A stretch of 64,000 bases of DNA, taken from the NCBI GenBank assembly GCA_964035575.1, contig OZ037839.1, positions 1,054,001 through 1,118,000 on the forward strand. The letters are read 5' to 3'. The DNA is from Rhynchopus sp. YZ270_cl-10 (taxonomy: Eukaryota). Positions 44,928 to 57,252 of the stretch are shown piece after piece. The stretch's first letter is position 1, and each line of letters opens with the position of its first letter. Under the pieces are notes generated by a model. It did no database searches, was not told the origin of the DNA, and saw only the letters and a list, made by a program, of their open reading frames with translations. Both the position numbers and the translations under genes were made by a program.

Positions 44928-45739
44928 CTTGCTTCCTCGCTCTGTGGTTGGCGTGGTGTTTGTATGGGGAGAGAAACGAAGACACGAGATCTTTGCAAAA
45001 ATAAACCCAGGCTCAGCGAGCCGTGTAAAGAAAGGGGTGCTAGAGGGAAACCGACAACGTGGCGGGGGGTGAGGGTGGCCCCTACATTAGGGCAATTCAC
45101 CTTCGGGCGAATGATTGCCTATCTTGGCTGAAACCAGATTATCGGCAGGAGAATCACCATTATTGCCCATTGAAGCCCATTGAAGCCCACCCTTTGCTTT
45201 TCCGTGTGTTGAAAGCCCTTTCCCCCCCCCCTCTATACTTACCTCTTTTCCTTGCGGCCACCTCCCGAAGTCCCAAGCCCCTCCTCCACATGTTCTACGT
45301 ATCCCTTCTTCGGTGCTGATAAACTCGCGGATCGCGGGGTCAGTAAATCAAGGATAACACTCCATCACTGTGGAGAGCCGAGATACCGTCCTAGGATTCT
45401 GGGACAACAAAACTGGGACACCCCCCCAAAAAAAAATCCTCGATTGTCCCAGTCAGAGCTCGCGCTAAAGTCCATCCCTCATCCCGGGATTTTTGGGGGT
45501 TTTGGTAGGAACGTTTTTTTTTTGCAGTACGGGGATTTCATTAAGAAACCAGAAGTTCTAATATTGTTGAGTAAGACCACCACATAGTGGACTTGCATAT
45601 ACATGTGACCCCGCCGTGGAACGCAATTGGCTCGGAAAGTCAAAAGAAAGAGGAGAAAAAAAAAAAAAAGAGAAAAAAAAAAAAAGTTGGTTACCGTGCG
45701 CCTGCGGCGCTGCCTGTTCCCTTCCAGTTTCTACAGGCA

Positions 45740-46060
45740 AACACTTGCCCCCTTTACCTTACACTGACGGGTTTTGACCAAAACCAAGAACTTGTCCATT
45801 TCGGCAAATTGACCCCACCACAGAACGGACGGATTCCGGAAATGCAAATGCCGGTGTTTTCGCGCATTTTCATGTTTCAAGACGTCAGGATCAGGGAGAG
45901 AAAATCTGGTTGTGGGATTTACCTTGGCCCTCTTTACCCACATGGATTTTGACCAAAACCAAAAAATTGGCCATTTCGGCAAAGTGACCCCACCACAGCG
46001 CGGACGGATTCCGGAAATTCCAATCGCGGTATGTTTTGGGGCTGAAAACCCACTGATTTT
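45740..46060. repeat. Fragment of a dispersed repeat (reverse-complement match to 59095-59310 and related to 51110-51340)
   Basis: Shared TTTTGACCAAAACCAAGAACTTG and TGACCCCACCACAG blocks. Confidence 0.7.
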
Positions 46061-46671
46061 CAGGAGAAAAATTGCTTCCAAATCTCGGAATTTTCCGAAT
46101 TTTCCTGAAAATGACCCTTGTTTACGAGTATGGGTTCATATTTTGCGAAAATTTAAGTCACTAAAATTTTGTCCATTTTTCCGTATATACCCCACCACAA
46201 GCCGGGATTGGCCCGGAAATGCCACAAAACGGGGTTTCCGGGCCTCCCCAGCTAACCTTTTCAAGGAACGTTTTTCCGTACCCGAAATCCATTTTTTCCC
46301 CATTTTTTCCCATAATTAGCGCGACCACTGGTCCCAGTTTTGGGCTACGTCAGTATTGTTTTGGTGGGGTTTTCCGCATGCTGCGTATCGAGAGGGGAGC
46401 GACGTAAAATGCCGTTGCCCAAATAGCACTCCCCTATGTACTGGGGTGAGTGGGGGTGTCGAAGCCTTCCAAGTGATAACTCAAGATCGCCCTCAGGTAG
46501 CAGAACAAATGTGAAGGGGGACAGTAAGAGACAGTGGGGGGTTGATTACAAAGTCGCAGAAAGAAAAAAAAAACAAAACAAAAGGGGTTTGCAAACGGCA
46601 CTACTCGACCCGCCCAAACACACAGAATAATCCCAACACCCCAATTCCCACTCCCGCTTTCTTTACTGCCG

Positions 46672-47673
46672 CTAAAAACCAACGTCACCTAGTCTGCTGC
46701 GTACAACGTTGCTACACTTGTCCCTTCCGTCGACTTTCGACAACGTTGTGCAGTTGTAGAGAAACCAGTCACCAATCGTGGTGACTGCGTGCAGGCCGGT
46801 GAAGTCCATTTTCGACAACGATGTGCAGTTGTAGAGAAACTTGGTACCGATCGTGATGACTGCTTGCAGGCCGGTCAGGTCTACTTCCGACAACGATGTG
46901 CAGTCAGAGAGAAAATCATCACCAATCGTGGTGACTGCTTGCAAGCCGGTGAAGTCCACTTTCGACAACATTTCGCAGTCGGAGAGAAACCCGTGACCAA
47001 TCGTTGTGACTGATTGCAGGCCGGTGAAGTCCACTTTCGACAACGATGTGCAGGAGGAGAGGAACCGGTCACCAATCGTGGTGACTGCTTGCAGGCCGGT
47101 GAAGTCCACTTTCGACAACGTTGTGCAGTAGGAAAGAACCCAGTCACCAATCGTGGTAACTGCTTGCAATCCGGTGAGGTCGACTTCCGACAACGATGTG
47201 CAGTTGCAGAGAAAATCGTCACCAATCGTGGTGACGCAGGGTAATGCAGGCAGGTGCAGTGTGATGCCACAGTTGTCATCCACATTGGGTACGCAACTGA
47301 AACCAATGCGCGTTACGTCACTACGTGAGAAGAAGTCTTCTGGAATCTCAGTCACAACTTCTGCCTGAAGAAGCAAGCTGGCCACCTTCGGATCCTCCAC
47401 CTGCTGCAACCTTTCTGCTGTGATGTTTGTCTCACCCAATGCATGAAGAGCTGATATGGCTTCGTACTTCTTTGTATTCGTCAACACGACTGTGTCTCCA
47501 GCACTCAGTTCTGTGATGTCCTCTCCTTCCTCCTTCCCTCCGAAGCCCATGCGGAAGCTGTCTTCGCCCAACCCTGTTGCAGACGCCACCTTCTCCCGCA
47601 TCGTCTCCGTTGTGTCGTTCTCACCCACCTCAATCACGAGGTCCTTCCCCAAGCCCTGAATAGTCAGTTCCAT
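46672..47673 (-). CDS. Ubiquitin-like + LRR protein, divergent subfamily (copy 7)
   Basis: MELTIQGLG; Ubl segment near-identical in DNA to copies 1-6; LRR unit TTIGDxFLxxCTSLSKVDxTGLQAV. Confidence 0.9.
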   Translation of the reverse strand: MELTIQGLGKDLVIEVGENDTTETMREKVASATGLGEDSFRMGFGGKEEGEDITELSAGDTVVLTNTKKYEAISALHALGETNITAERLQQVEDPKVASLLLQAEVVTEIPEDFFSRSDVTRIGFSCVPNVDDNCGITLHLPALPCVTTIGDDFLCNCTSLSEVDLTGLQAVTTIGDWVLSYCTTLSKVDFTGLQAVTTIGDRFLSSCTSLSKVDFTGLQSVTTIGHGFLSDCEMLSKVDFTGLQAVTTIGDDFLSDCTSLSEVDLTGLQAVITIGTKFLYNCTSLSKMDFTGLHAVTTIGDWFLYNCTTLSKVDGRDKCSNVVRSRLGDVGF

Positions 47674-48318
47674 TTTATGTGTCTCTTGATGTATCACTGC
47701 GGGTGGGGTGTCGGGTAAGGAAGAGCACGGCTCCTCGAAGTGTCACGCCTGCCAGTCCATTGCTCCCAGGCGGTTCCCACCGTGCAAGCAGGCCGTTTAG
47801 ACCACCAGGTAGCGTTTGCAATCAATGCAGGAGCGCCTGCGGACCGGAGGCCCTTTGAATTGGAGACGGGAGTAGGCGGGAACAGAAATGTGTCCTTCCA
47901 AGCATGTTCCCAGATCACGTGATTTTGACCAAAAAAATTTGGGGTCCAAATTTGGGGAGTGATTACAGAGTCTCAGAAACATAAAACAAAAGGGGATTGC
48001 GAACGGCAGTTCTTGACCATGTGTTGGGTCTGTGGTATGGAGCGCAGGTATTCTAAGTAAGGCAGCTGAGTAAGAAACTGACAGAATAAATGACCCATGC
48101 TGCATGCGCACGCGTACGCAGCGAATTCTAAGAAAGTGCGTACAGCATACCACCGTATGCGTACGGCAGTGCTTGTTGTGGAAGAGAAAATGTCCAATGA
48201 AGGTGGGTGGTACAGTGGGGATGATTTCTTGCTCGCTCAACAAAACACTACTCGACCCGCCCAAACACACAGAATAATCCTAACACCCCAATTCCCACTC
48301 CCGCTTTCTTTACTGCCG

Positions 48319-49245
48319 CTAAAAACCAACGTCACCTAGTCTGCTGCGTACAACGTTGCTACACTTGTCCCTTCCGTCGACTTTCGACAACGATGTGCAG
48401 GAGGAGAGAAACCCGTCACCAATCGTGGTGACTGATTGCAAGCCTGTGAGGTCCAGTTTCGACAACGTTGTGCAGTTGAAGAGAAAATTGTCACCAATCG
48501 CGGTGACTGCGTGCAGGCCGGTGAGGTCCAATTTCGACAACGACTTGCAGGAGGAGAGAAACCCGTTACCGATCGTGGTGACTGCTTGCAGGCCGCTCAG
48601 GTCTACTTCTGACAACAATTTGCAGTTGTGGAGAAACCCGTTACCAATCGTGGTGACTGCTTGCAGGCCGGTCAGGTCGACTTTCGACAACGATTTGCAG
48701 TTGGAGAGAAACCAGTCACCAATCGTGGTGACTGATTGCAGGCCTGTGACGTCGACTTCCGACAACGATGTGCAGTTGCAGAAAACCCAGTCACCAATCC
48801 TGGTGACGCAGGGTAATGCAGGCAGGTGCAGTGTGATGCCACAGTTGTCATCCACATTGGGTACGCAACTGAAACCAATGCGCGTTACGTCACTACCTAA
48901 GAAGAAGCTTTCTGGAATCGCAGTCGCAACTTCTGCCTGAAGAAGAAAGCTGGCCACCTTCGGATCCTCCACCTGCTTCAACCTTTCTGCTGTGATGTTT
49001 GTCTCACCCAATGCATGAAGAGCTGATATGGCTTCGTACTTCTTTGTATTCGTCAACACGACTGTGTCTCCAGCACTCAGTTCTGTGATGTCCTCTCCTT
49101 CCTCCTTCCCTCCGAAGCCCATGCGGAAGCTGTCTTCGCACAACTCTGTTGCAGACGCCACCTTCTGCCGCATCGTCTCCGTTGTGTCCTTCTCACCCAC
49201 CTCAATCACGAAGTCCTTCCCCAAGCCCTGGATAGTCAGTTCCAT
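48319..49245 (-). CDS. Ubiquitin-like + LRR protein, divergent subfamily (copy 8; one repeat fewer than copy 7)
   Basis: Tandem duplicate of copy 7 including flanks. Confidence 0.9.
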   Translation of the reverse strand: MELTIQGLGKDFVIEVGEKDTTETMRQKVASATELCEDSFRMGFGGKEEGEDITELSAGDTVVLTNTKKYEAISALHALGETNITAERLKQVEDPKVASFLLQAEVATAIPESFFLGSDVTRIGFSCVPNVDDNCGITLHLPALPCVTRIGDWVFCNCTSLSEVDVTGLQSVTTIGDWFLSNCKSLSKVDLTGLQAVTTIGNGFLHNCKLLSEVDLSGLQAVTTIGNGFLSSCKSLSKLDLTGLHAVTAIGDNFLFNCTTLSKLDLTGLQSVTTIGDGFLSSCTSLSKVDGRDKCSNVVRSRLGDVGF

Positions 49246-50814
49246 TTTATGTGTCTCTTGATGTATCTCTGCGGGTGGGTTGTTGGGTAAGGAAGAGCAC
49301 GGCTCCTCGAAGTGTCACGCCTGCCAGTCCATTGCTCCCAGGCAGTTCCCACCATGGAAGCAGGCCGTTTAGACACCAGGTAGCGTTTGCAATCAATGCA
49401 GGAGCGCCTGCGAACCGGAGGCCCTTTGAATTGGAGACGGGAGTAGGCGGGAACAGAAATGTGTCCTTCCAAGCATGTTCCCAGATCACGTGATTTTGAC
49501 CAAAAAAAATTGGGGTCCAGATCACGGAAAAAAAAGCGGGGTGGAGAGGCGTTTTTGTCCGTCGCATCGTCCGATGCGGTGCGATTGCAGAAAGTGATGG
49601 GGTCATTTTTGGGTGATCTATGATCGTCTCCGTGAGACACGTAACAGGCTGTGAGAGCTTAGAGAGAGTTAGCTGAGCAGGACCCCAAGGGTACAGTCAT
49701 TGGACACTGCTACACAGCAGTAAGGTCGCCTGGCTGCCCTCATTGAAAGCATCCTCGCCTTTGACATCAACAGATGAAAGTAACTGGCAGTACGACCATA
49801 ATAGAAGACACACCAGTGTCTATGGCAAGACAAGCTTCCCCCCAGCCCCAAGTCCCAAACCGAATGAGAGTGCCGCAGGTGGCTCTCCCACAGCCAGTAC
49901 CACACCCCAAAGAGAGAGAACTCAGTAAGGACCCTGCCGTCCCAGTTGCCCCTCGGTGTCTTGATCCTCTCGCTCTCCTCACGCTTGCCCATTGTTCACC
50001 CAGTTTCCACCAAAATGTCGTGTCCACTCGAACACCTGTCGCCTGACCACACCTCCCCATCCCTCGGCCGTCCTCCAACCGCACTGCACGACGCTCTGTG
50101 CCAGTCGCAGTTGTCGACAACGAATGCGAAGAGATGCTGTGCACAGCGTGAATGCCACATCCTGTGTAGATGAACTCTACCCAAGGCTGCTGACGGGGTG
50201 TCAGCAGGCAGACACAAAAGAAGCAACCTTGCAACACCAACGAGCCTCACGCAAAAGAAAGACCGGGACAAAAAGCACCAAGCCATCACGAGTTGAAAGC
50301 TCTGCTTTGACCCACCACAGACCCGCTGTGTCCCTCCCATGCTGTCCACAGCACTGCCCCCACCCTCAGCAATACTCCCAATGCTCTCCTGCATCTGCCG
50401 TACACTGCGTCACATTCCTGTCCTTGCATGGAATCGCTGTTCGTGTGTTGTGGCCACATCCTCCCCATATTCCTTCCTCCCAACCCTGGCAGCGATACAG
50501 CCGCACTGCCAAGAGAGCCACGCCTTGTAGTGATGGGTGAGGAACCCCACACCACAAAGCACTGTCCCGCGAAGCCGCAGCACCACTGCCTCCACCTGCA
50601 CACTCCGCTGTCTCCACCCACCCCACGCAAGGAAGAACGCTAAAGGTGCTCTCGTGCTGCAACCACAGACAAGCTGAGGTGCCAGACAATGCACGAAAGC
50701 ACCCCACGGCCAGCCACAGCTTCCCCTCTCCCATCACCACACCACAAACGGTGGAGGCGCCTCACCCCATATGTCCTATCCTTAATTATAGACTCTAGCC
50801 CTATCAGTCCGAGC

Positions 50815-51340
50815 AGGGCCATTTCTAAATATGGGGTCCGGGGGGTACAAAATCCAATCTGGGAGGCAAATTTTCTGGCAGATTTATTTTGTGCCAAAAA
50901 CGTCCTTATTTGCATTTTTGGGATTCATCCGTGCAGGTGGTGGGGTCAATCTCGAAATTGGACAATTTTTTGACCACTTAAATTTTGAGAAATATGAGCC
51001 CGGTTGATTATACGTGGGGCCCATTTTCGGCCAAAATTTTCCTCAAAATCGGGGTTTGTAAAATTGACCCTTCTGTGAAGGAAGGTTGTGGAGGGTCCTT
51101 ATTTGCAGTGGTGGGGTCAATTTGCTGAAATGGACAAGTTCTGGGTTATGGTTAAAATGAGTGTAAGGTAAAGAGGGCCAAGGAGAAGTCAAAGAAGTCC
51201 AAATTTAACCAGATTTTCTATGAGAACCCAAAACTCAAAAATGTTCGAAAACGTCTCTATTTGCGTTTTTTTGGAATCCGTCCGCACTGTGGTGGGGTCA
51301 ATTTGCAGAATTGGGCAAGTTCTTGGTTTTTGCTAAAATG
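50815..51340. mobile_element. Truncated copy of the CAGGGC-ended hAT-like family
   Basis: Starts CAGGGCCATTTCTAAA; matches 54975-55200; no right TIR seen. Confidence 0.7.
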
Positions 51341-51614
51341 AGTACGGTGTCAGTGTGATGTTAGTGTAGAGAACAAGTTTTCTAAAAAACCCCCTCATAA
51401 CTCCGGCACGCGGCCTGGTACGACCTCTATCAAAAGATTCCTCCCTCTTCTCCTCTCCCCTTTTATTTGCTTTTATTTGATTTCTTTTGACCTCTAAGAG
51501 TACGATCATAAACCCCACAAACTACACAATTTTCGGTTCCGGCAAATTTTTGGAGTACCAACTATTTTGCAAAAAAAAATTCGATTTTTTTTGGCGTCGT
51601 CCCTGGGGGAATGT

Positions 51615-52701
51615 TAAGGGTCCCCCTTTTCAGCTTTCGAAATAATAAAAGACATAAAAGACATAAAAGACATGTTAAAAGACATGTAGTACACTTCCGG
51701 CTGTGCCTTGCTGTTGGCCTGAATGACACGGCTGCTGCATACCCCCTCGTCCGTGAGGAAGTGACCCAACTCAGCAAGAACGCCTTCGTCCTCCTCCTTG
51801 AACAACTCGTAACGGCTGTCTCTGGCTTTGCCAGCAGGTCTGTCTGTTACCTGTTAGAACATCAGGATGTGGGCCTGAAGCGCAGGCTTTGTCTTCTCGT
51901 TCATATCTGACTCGAACGCGTACGTCGTCGCTAACACCACTGTGTCATTTCTCAGGTACTGCTTGTTGTTTCTGTCTTGAACCACGGTGAGAAGTGTCAC
52001 TTCGAGACACTTCTTACCGGGGTTTGGGTTGAACCTCGTGGTTTCTGGTGAAAAACGCCGGGTTTCCCATAGAACCCTTAAGAAACGCACGTTCTAAGGC
52101 ATTTTACACCAAAAATCGCTACACGAAAAGAGGAATAAAGTTGAATTCTAAACACCTCGATTTTTGGCCCAATCTTTCGGTTAGTTTCCAACGCCGAAAA
52201 AATCTGAGACTTTGGTGCCTTTGCGTAAGTCGATTTTTGGTGAACCATGTATGGGCGAAGGGGTGAGGGGACGATAGCGGAAGCAATTTAGTTTTGCGAA
52301 TCCTAAAACTCTCTGCCTCGTGGAGTTAACACAAACGAACGGAACTCAACGAACCGAACCGATCTGAACGCATGGTAAGCTAGATAAAACACGTGCGTGG
52401 TGACAAAACGCAACGCTGTTCATAGGTTTCGTTGGCCGTTTTTGCTCACAAACAACCCAAAAACGACCTTCTGTGTGACCACACATGGTTCTGACACCCC
52501 AGAATCGCTATTCCCAGCGCACATAGCCAGGTATGGACCCAAAAAACCACCCAAAAAGGTGAAAATCCCGGGTTTACAAACGCTGTATGTCTTTTATGTG
52601 TCTTCTATGTCTTTTAAGCGAAAAAGTGGAATTTTAAAAGACGATAAAAGACATAAAAGACGTCTTTTAAAAGACATGATAAAAGACAAGGGGGACCCTT
52701 A
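51615..52701 (-). mobile_element. Non-autonomous hAT element
   Basis: TIR TAAGGGTCCCCCTT; 8-bp TSD GGGAATGT at 51607-51614 and 52702-52709; residual LAELGHFLTDEG resembles transposase LSELANFLTKEG near 62330. Confidence 0.9.
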
Positions 52702-53151
52702 GGGAATGTGTGGGACACATCTCGTTAGTAAAAACCAAAACACCAAGGTGTTGTAATGGGGGTGTAATTAAGGGTCCCTTTCGTCTTTTATATAAAAGAC
52801 GTCTTTTACGCCTTTTACGTCTTTTATTGTCTTTTAAAATCTTGGGTTTTTGTGGATAAAAGATATAAAAGACATTGTTTTGACGTCAGCTGCAGAACAC
52901 CACCCTAACCCCAACCCTACACTTCATTTCACACCACAGAAGGGTATTGAGGAACACTTAATTTAAGAAAAAAAGATGCCGAAGGCAAAATGTTGGACTG
53001 GGGATCTGTTGAAGATTGTCGCGGGGAAGCTGGAGAGACAATGGGGAAATCGTCGAACGCAGAACGAAGGAAGGGCCATATCATAAATTGTGACAAGGCC
53101 ACGGACTCGCAGAAGTAGAGAGCGAAGGACGAGAACGCGGCACTGGAGAGA

Positions 53152-53375
53152 AAGAGGAAAAGGAAAAGGAAGAGGAAGAGGAAGAGGAAGAGGAAGAGGA
53201 AGAGGAAGAGGAAGAGGAAGAGGAAGAGGAAGAGGAAGAGGAAGAGGAAGAGGAAGAGGAAGAGGAAGAGGAAGAGGAAGAGGAAGAGGAAGAGGAAGAG
53301 GAAGAGGAAGAGGAAGAGGAAGAGGAAGAGGAAGAGGAAGAGGAAGAGGAAGAGGAAGAGGAAGAGGAAGAGGAG
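53152..53375. repeat. (GAGGAA)n microsatellite
   Basis: Nearly pure array. Confidence 0.96.
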
Positions 53376-53677
53376 GAGTCTTTACAAGATAAAGACGAGT
53401 ATACAAGTAAACTAAAAAAGGGGGGCGGGGGGAGATTCTTTTTTCCGTAGATGAGGAGAGGAGTACGTACAGAGGGCGATACTGGGGAAGCAAAAGACAA
53501 AATTCTGATTCGTGAATGTGTGTTTGTGTGTTTTGTGTGTTTTGGGTTCCCCATCGATCCTCGTTCCAACCTTACTAACCGTAAGTGGTAAGCCCATGAG
53601 GGGCATGCTGCATTAGTCATTCTATATCTTGAAAGACTCCTGAGTCGAAGCAAAGCTTCTTAAACAAGTTTACTGTA

Positions 53678-53965
53678 GAAGAGGAAGAGGAAGAGGAAGA
53701 GGAAGAGGAAGAGGAAGAGGAAGAGGAAGAGGAAGAGGAAGAGGAAGAGGAAGAGGAAGAGGAAGAGGAAGAGGAAGAGGAAGAGGAAGAGGAAGAGGAA
53801 GAGGAAGAGGAAGAGGAAGAGGAAGAGGAAGAGGAAGAGGAAGAGGAAGAGGAAGAGGAAGAGGAAGAGGAAGAGGAAGAGGAAGAGGAAGAGGAAGAGG
53901 AAGAGGAAGAGGAAGAGGAAGAGGAAGAGGAAGAGGAAGAGGAAGAGGAAGAGGAAGAGGAAGAG
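53678..53965. repeat. (GAGGAA)n microsatellite
   Basis: Pure array running into acidic codons. Confidence 0.96.
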
Positions 53966-55696
53966 GGATGAAGCCGACGCAGAGGACGACGAAGACGGAG
54001 AGGAAGAGGGAGAGGAAGCTGCTCCAGCGCAGGGGAACGAAGTCGCAGCTGCCAACCCAGTGCCAGGGGCAGAACCACCAGCACCACCTACCGTGATCGA
54101 TGCGGACGCACCCCGCTTGTCCTTACGTCGAAGCAGGACATCCAGACACTAGTCCCGCCCCCTCCAGAAAAAAAGGGGCAGAAACAGAGCCGCTTCCAGG
54201 TCATCGCCCCACCTCCTCCGACGACAGCAGAACAACGTGCGCTTGACCTCGCACAAGCCTGCTTTTGGTACTCGGGCAATATCCCCTTCCAGCAAACACG
54301 AAATCCACATTTTCGGGATTTCGTGCATGCCCTGAGGAAGAATGTCAAGCACATACCCTCTGACACCATGCTCAGTGGGAACTGCTGGACGCTGTGTATG
54401 AGGAAGCGACACCCCTCCTGCTAAAGCTCCAGGACGAGCCCTTTGTTGTGTTGCACTCGGATGCTTGGCTGTCGAAAGAAGGCAAAAATCACGTTATACC
54501 TTTTACGTGCACTTGCCCTTGACGTTTGAACGTCAAAACCGCCGTGATGCCGGAGAAGTCATTCACAGCAGCAGTATTGTTAAAGTACTTCGACGCAGTG
54601 GACACGGAGAACAACTCGCCGAAGTGGGTCGCTGTTGTTGTGGATGGCGGCTCCAACATCTGGGCTGCTGCTTCGAAATGGGCCGAACAGAAGGGCATCG
54701 TTGCCATTCTTTGCACCTGCCACTGTCTTAACCGATACTTGAACGACATCATTGGTTACAGACAACAAGGGAATAAACCCTTGAAGATGCCGTTCACCGA
54801 GGTATGTAGCTCTCTCCCGTCTCCGTGACAGGGTTGGAGGTGCATCTACTGACCTGGTCAAAAAAATAAATGGGATGTTGGCGAAAAACCCGGTCTGCAC
54901 GGTGGAGTCTGACCAGCTTGGCCTGAGGCCAAACCGGACTCACCCCCTGGCCGGACCCCGAGTCCGGTTGGCCGCAGGGCTATTTCTAAATATGGGGTCC
55001 GGGGGGTCCAAAATCCAATCCGGGACACATTTTTTTTGGCAGATTTATTTCGTGCCAAAAACGTCCTTATTTGCATTTTTGGGATCCACCCGTGCAGTGG
55101 TGGGGTCAATCTCGAAAATTGGACAATTTTTTGACCAATTAAATTTTTGAAAATATGAGCCCGGTCACTAATACGTGGGGCCCATTTTCGGCCAAAAAAT
55201 GCTGCTCAAAAAAAATTTCCCCTGATGGTGTGGCTGTATAGGGCTAGGGTGTATACCCTAGAAGGACCCAAGAAGTACCCAATTTACACCTAATTTTAAG
55301 GGGGGTGCAAAAATAATTTTGTGTATTTTTTTTTTGGTGGTTTTTTGTGGCCAGAAATTTTCCCCCAGAAATTTTTACCCCAAAAAATCAAAAAAAAAAG
55401 GGCAAATTGCGATAACACGTATACTTTTTGTTTCCATTTGCGATAACACGTACACAAAAAGTATACGTGTTATCGCGAAAAAGTGTACGTGTTATCGCGA
55501 AAAGTGGTCAAAAAAAGTATACGTGTTATCGCGAACAAAAATGTACGTGTTTTCTTCTTCTAAGGTGCTCGCTCTCCATACCTGGACCCTCGATTTTTTT
55601 TTTTTTGGGCCCCAAAAAAGGGCTAATTTCGACGATTTGAGGCCATTAAAAGCAAAATTTGGCACTTTTGAGCATCTGTGGGGGTCTAAAACGAGG

Positions 55697-56356
55697 TACA
55701 CGTACACGTACACGTACACGTACACGTACACGTACACGTACACGTACACGTACACGTACACGTACACGTACACGTACACGTACACGTACACGTACACGTA
55801 CACGTACACGTACACGTACACGTACACGTACACGTACACGTACACGTACACGTACACGTACACGTACACGTACACGTACACGTACACGTACACGTACACG
55901 TACACGTACACGTACACGTACACGTACACGTACACGTACACGTACACGTACACGTACACGTACACGTACACGTACACGTACACGTACACGTACACGTACA
56001 CGTACACGTACACGTACACGTACACGTACACGTACACGTACACGTACACGTACACGTACACGTACACGTACACGTACACGTACACGTACACGTACACGTA
56101 CACGTACACGTACACGTACACGTACACGTACACGTACACGTACACGTACACGTACACGTACACGTACACGTACACGTACACGTACACGTACACGTACACG
56201 TACACGTACACGTACACGTACACGTACACGTACACGTACACGTACACGTACACGTACACGTACACGTACACGTACACGTACACGTACACGTACACGTACA
56301 CGTACACGTACACGTACACGTACACGTACACGTACACGTACACGTACACGTACACG
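55697..56356. repeat. (TACACG)n microsatellite
   Basis: Pure array. Confidence 0.98.
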
Positions 56357-57252
56357 GTACTGGGTACTGGGTACTGGGTACTGGGTACTGGGTACTGGGT
56401 ACTGGGTACTGGGTACTGGGTACTGGGTACTGGGTACTGGGTACTGGGTACTGGGTACTGGGTACTGGGTACTGGGTACTGGGTACTGGGTACTGGGTAC
56501 TGGGTACTGGGTACTGGGTACTGGGTACTGGGTACTGGGTACTGGGTACTGGGTACTGGGTACTGGGTACTGGGTACTGGGTACTGGGTACTGGGTACTG
56601 GGTACTGGGTACTGGGTACTGGGTACTGGGTACTGGGTACTGGGTACTGGGTACTGGGTACTGGGTACTGGGTACTGGGTACTGGGTACTGGGTACTGGG
56701 TACTGGGTACTGGGTACTGGGTACTGGGTACTGGGTACTGGGTACTGGGTACTGGGTACTGGGTACTGGGTACTGGGTACTGGGTACTGGGTACTGGGTA
56801 CTGGGTACTGGGTACTGGGTACTGGGTACTGGGTACTGGGTACTGGGTACTGGGTACTGGGTACTGGGTACTGGGTACTGGGTACTGGGTACTGGGTACT
56901 GGGTACTGGGTACTGGGTACTGGGTACTGGGTACTGGGTACTGGGTACTGGGTACTGGGTACTGGGTACTGGGTACTGGGTACTGGGTACTGGGTACTGG
57001 GTACTGGGTACTGGGTACTGGGTACTGGGTACTGGGTACTGGGTACTGGGTACTGGGTACTGGGTACTGGGTACTGGGTACTGGGTACTGGGTACTGGGT
57101 ACTGGGTACTGGGTACTGGGTACTGGGTACTGGGTACTGGGTACTGGGTACTGGGTACTGGGTACTGGGTACTGGGTACTGGGTACTGGGTACTGGGTAC
57201 TGGGTACTGGGTACTGGGTACTGGGTACTGGGTACTGGGTACTGGGTACTGG
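56356..57252. repeat. (GGTACTG)n 7-bp repeat; further tracts at about 57850-58110 and 58700-58866
   Basis: Pure arrays. Confidence 0.98.

Noticed and set aside
49650..50780. GC-rich stretch with several overlapping short ORFs
   Set aside because: No consistent frame or recognisable domain; cannot support a gene call.
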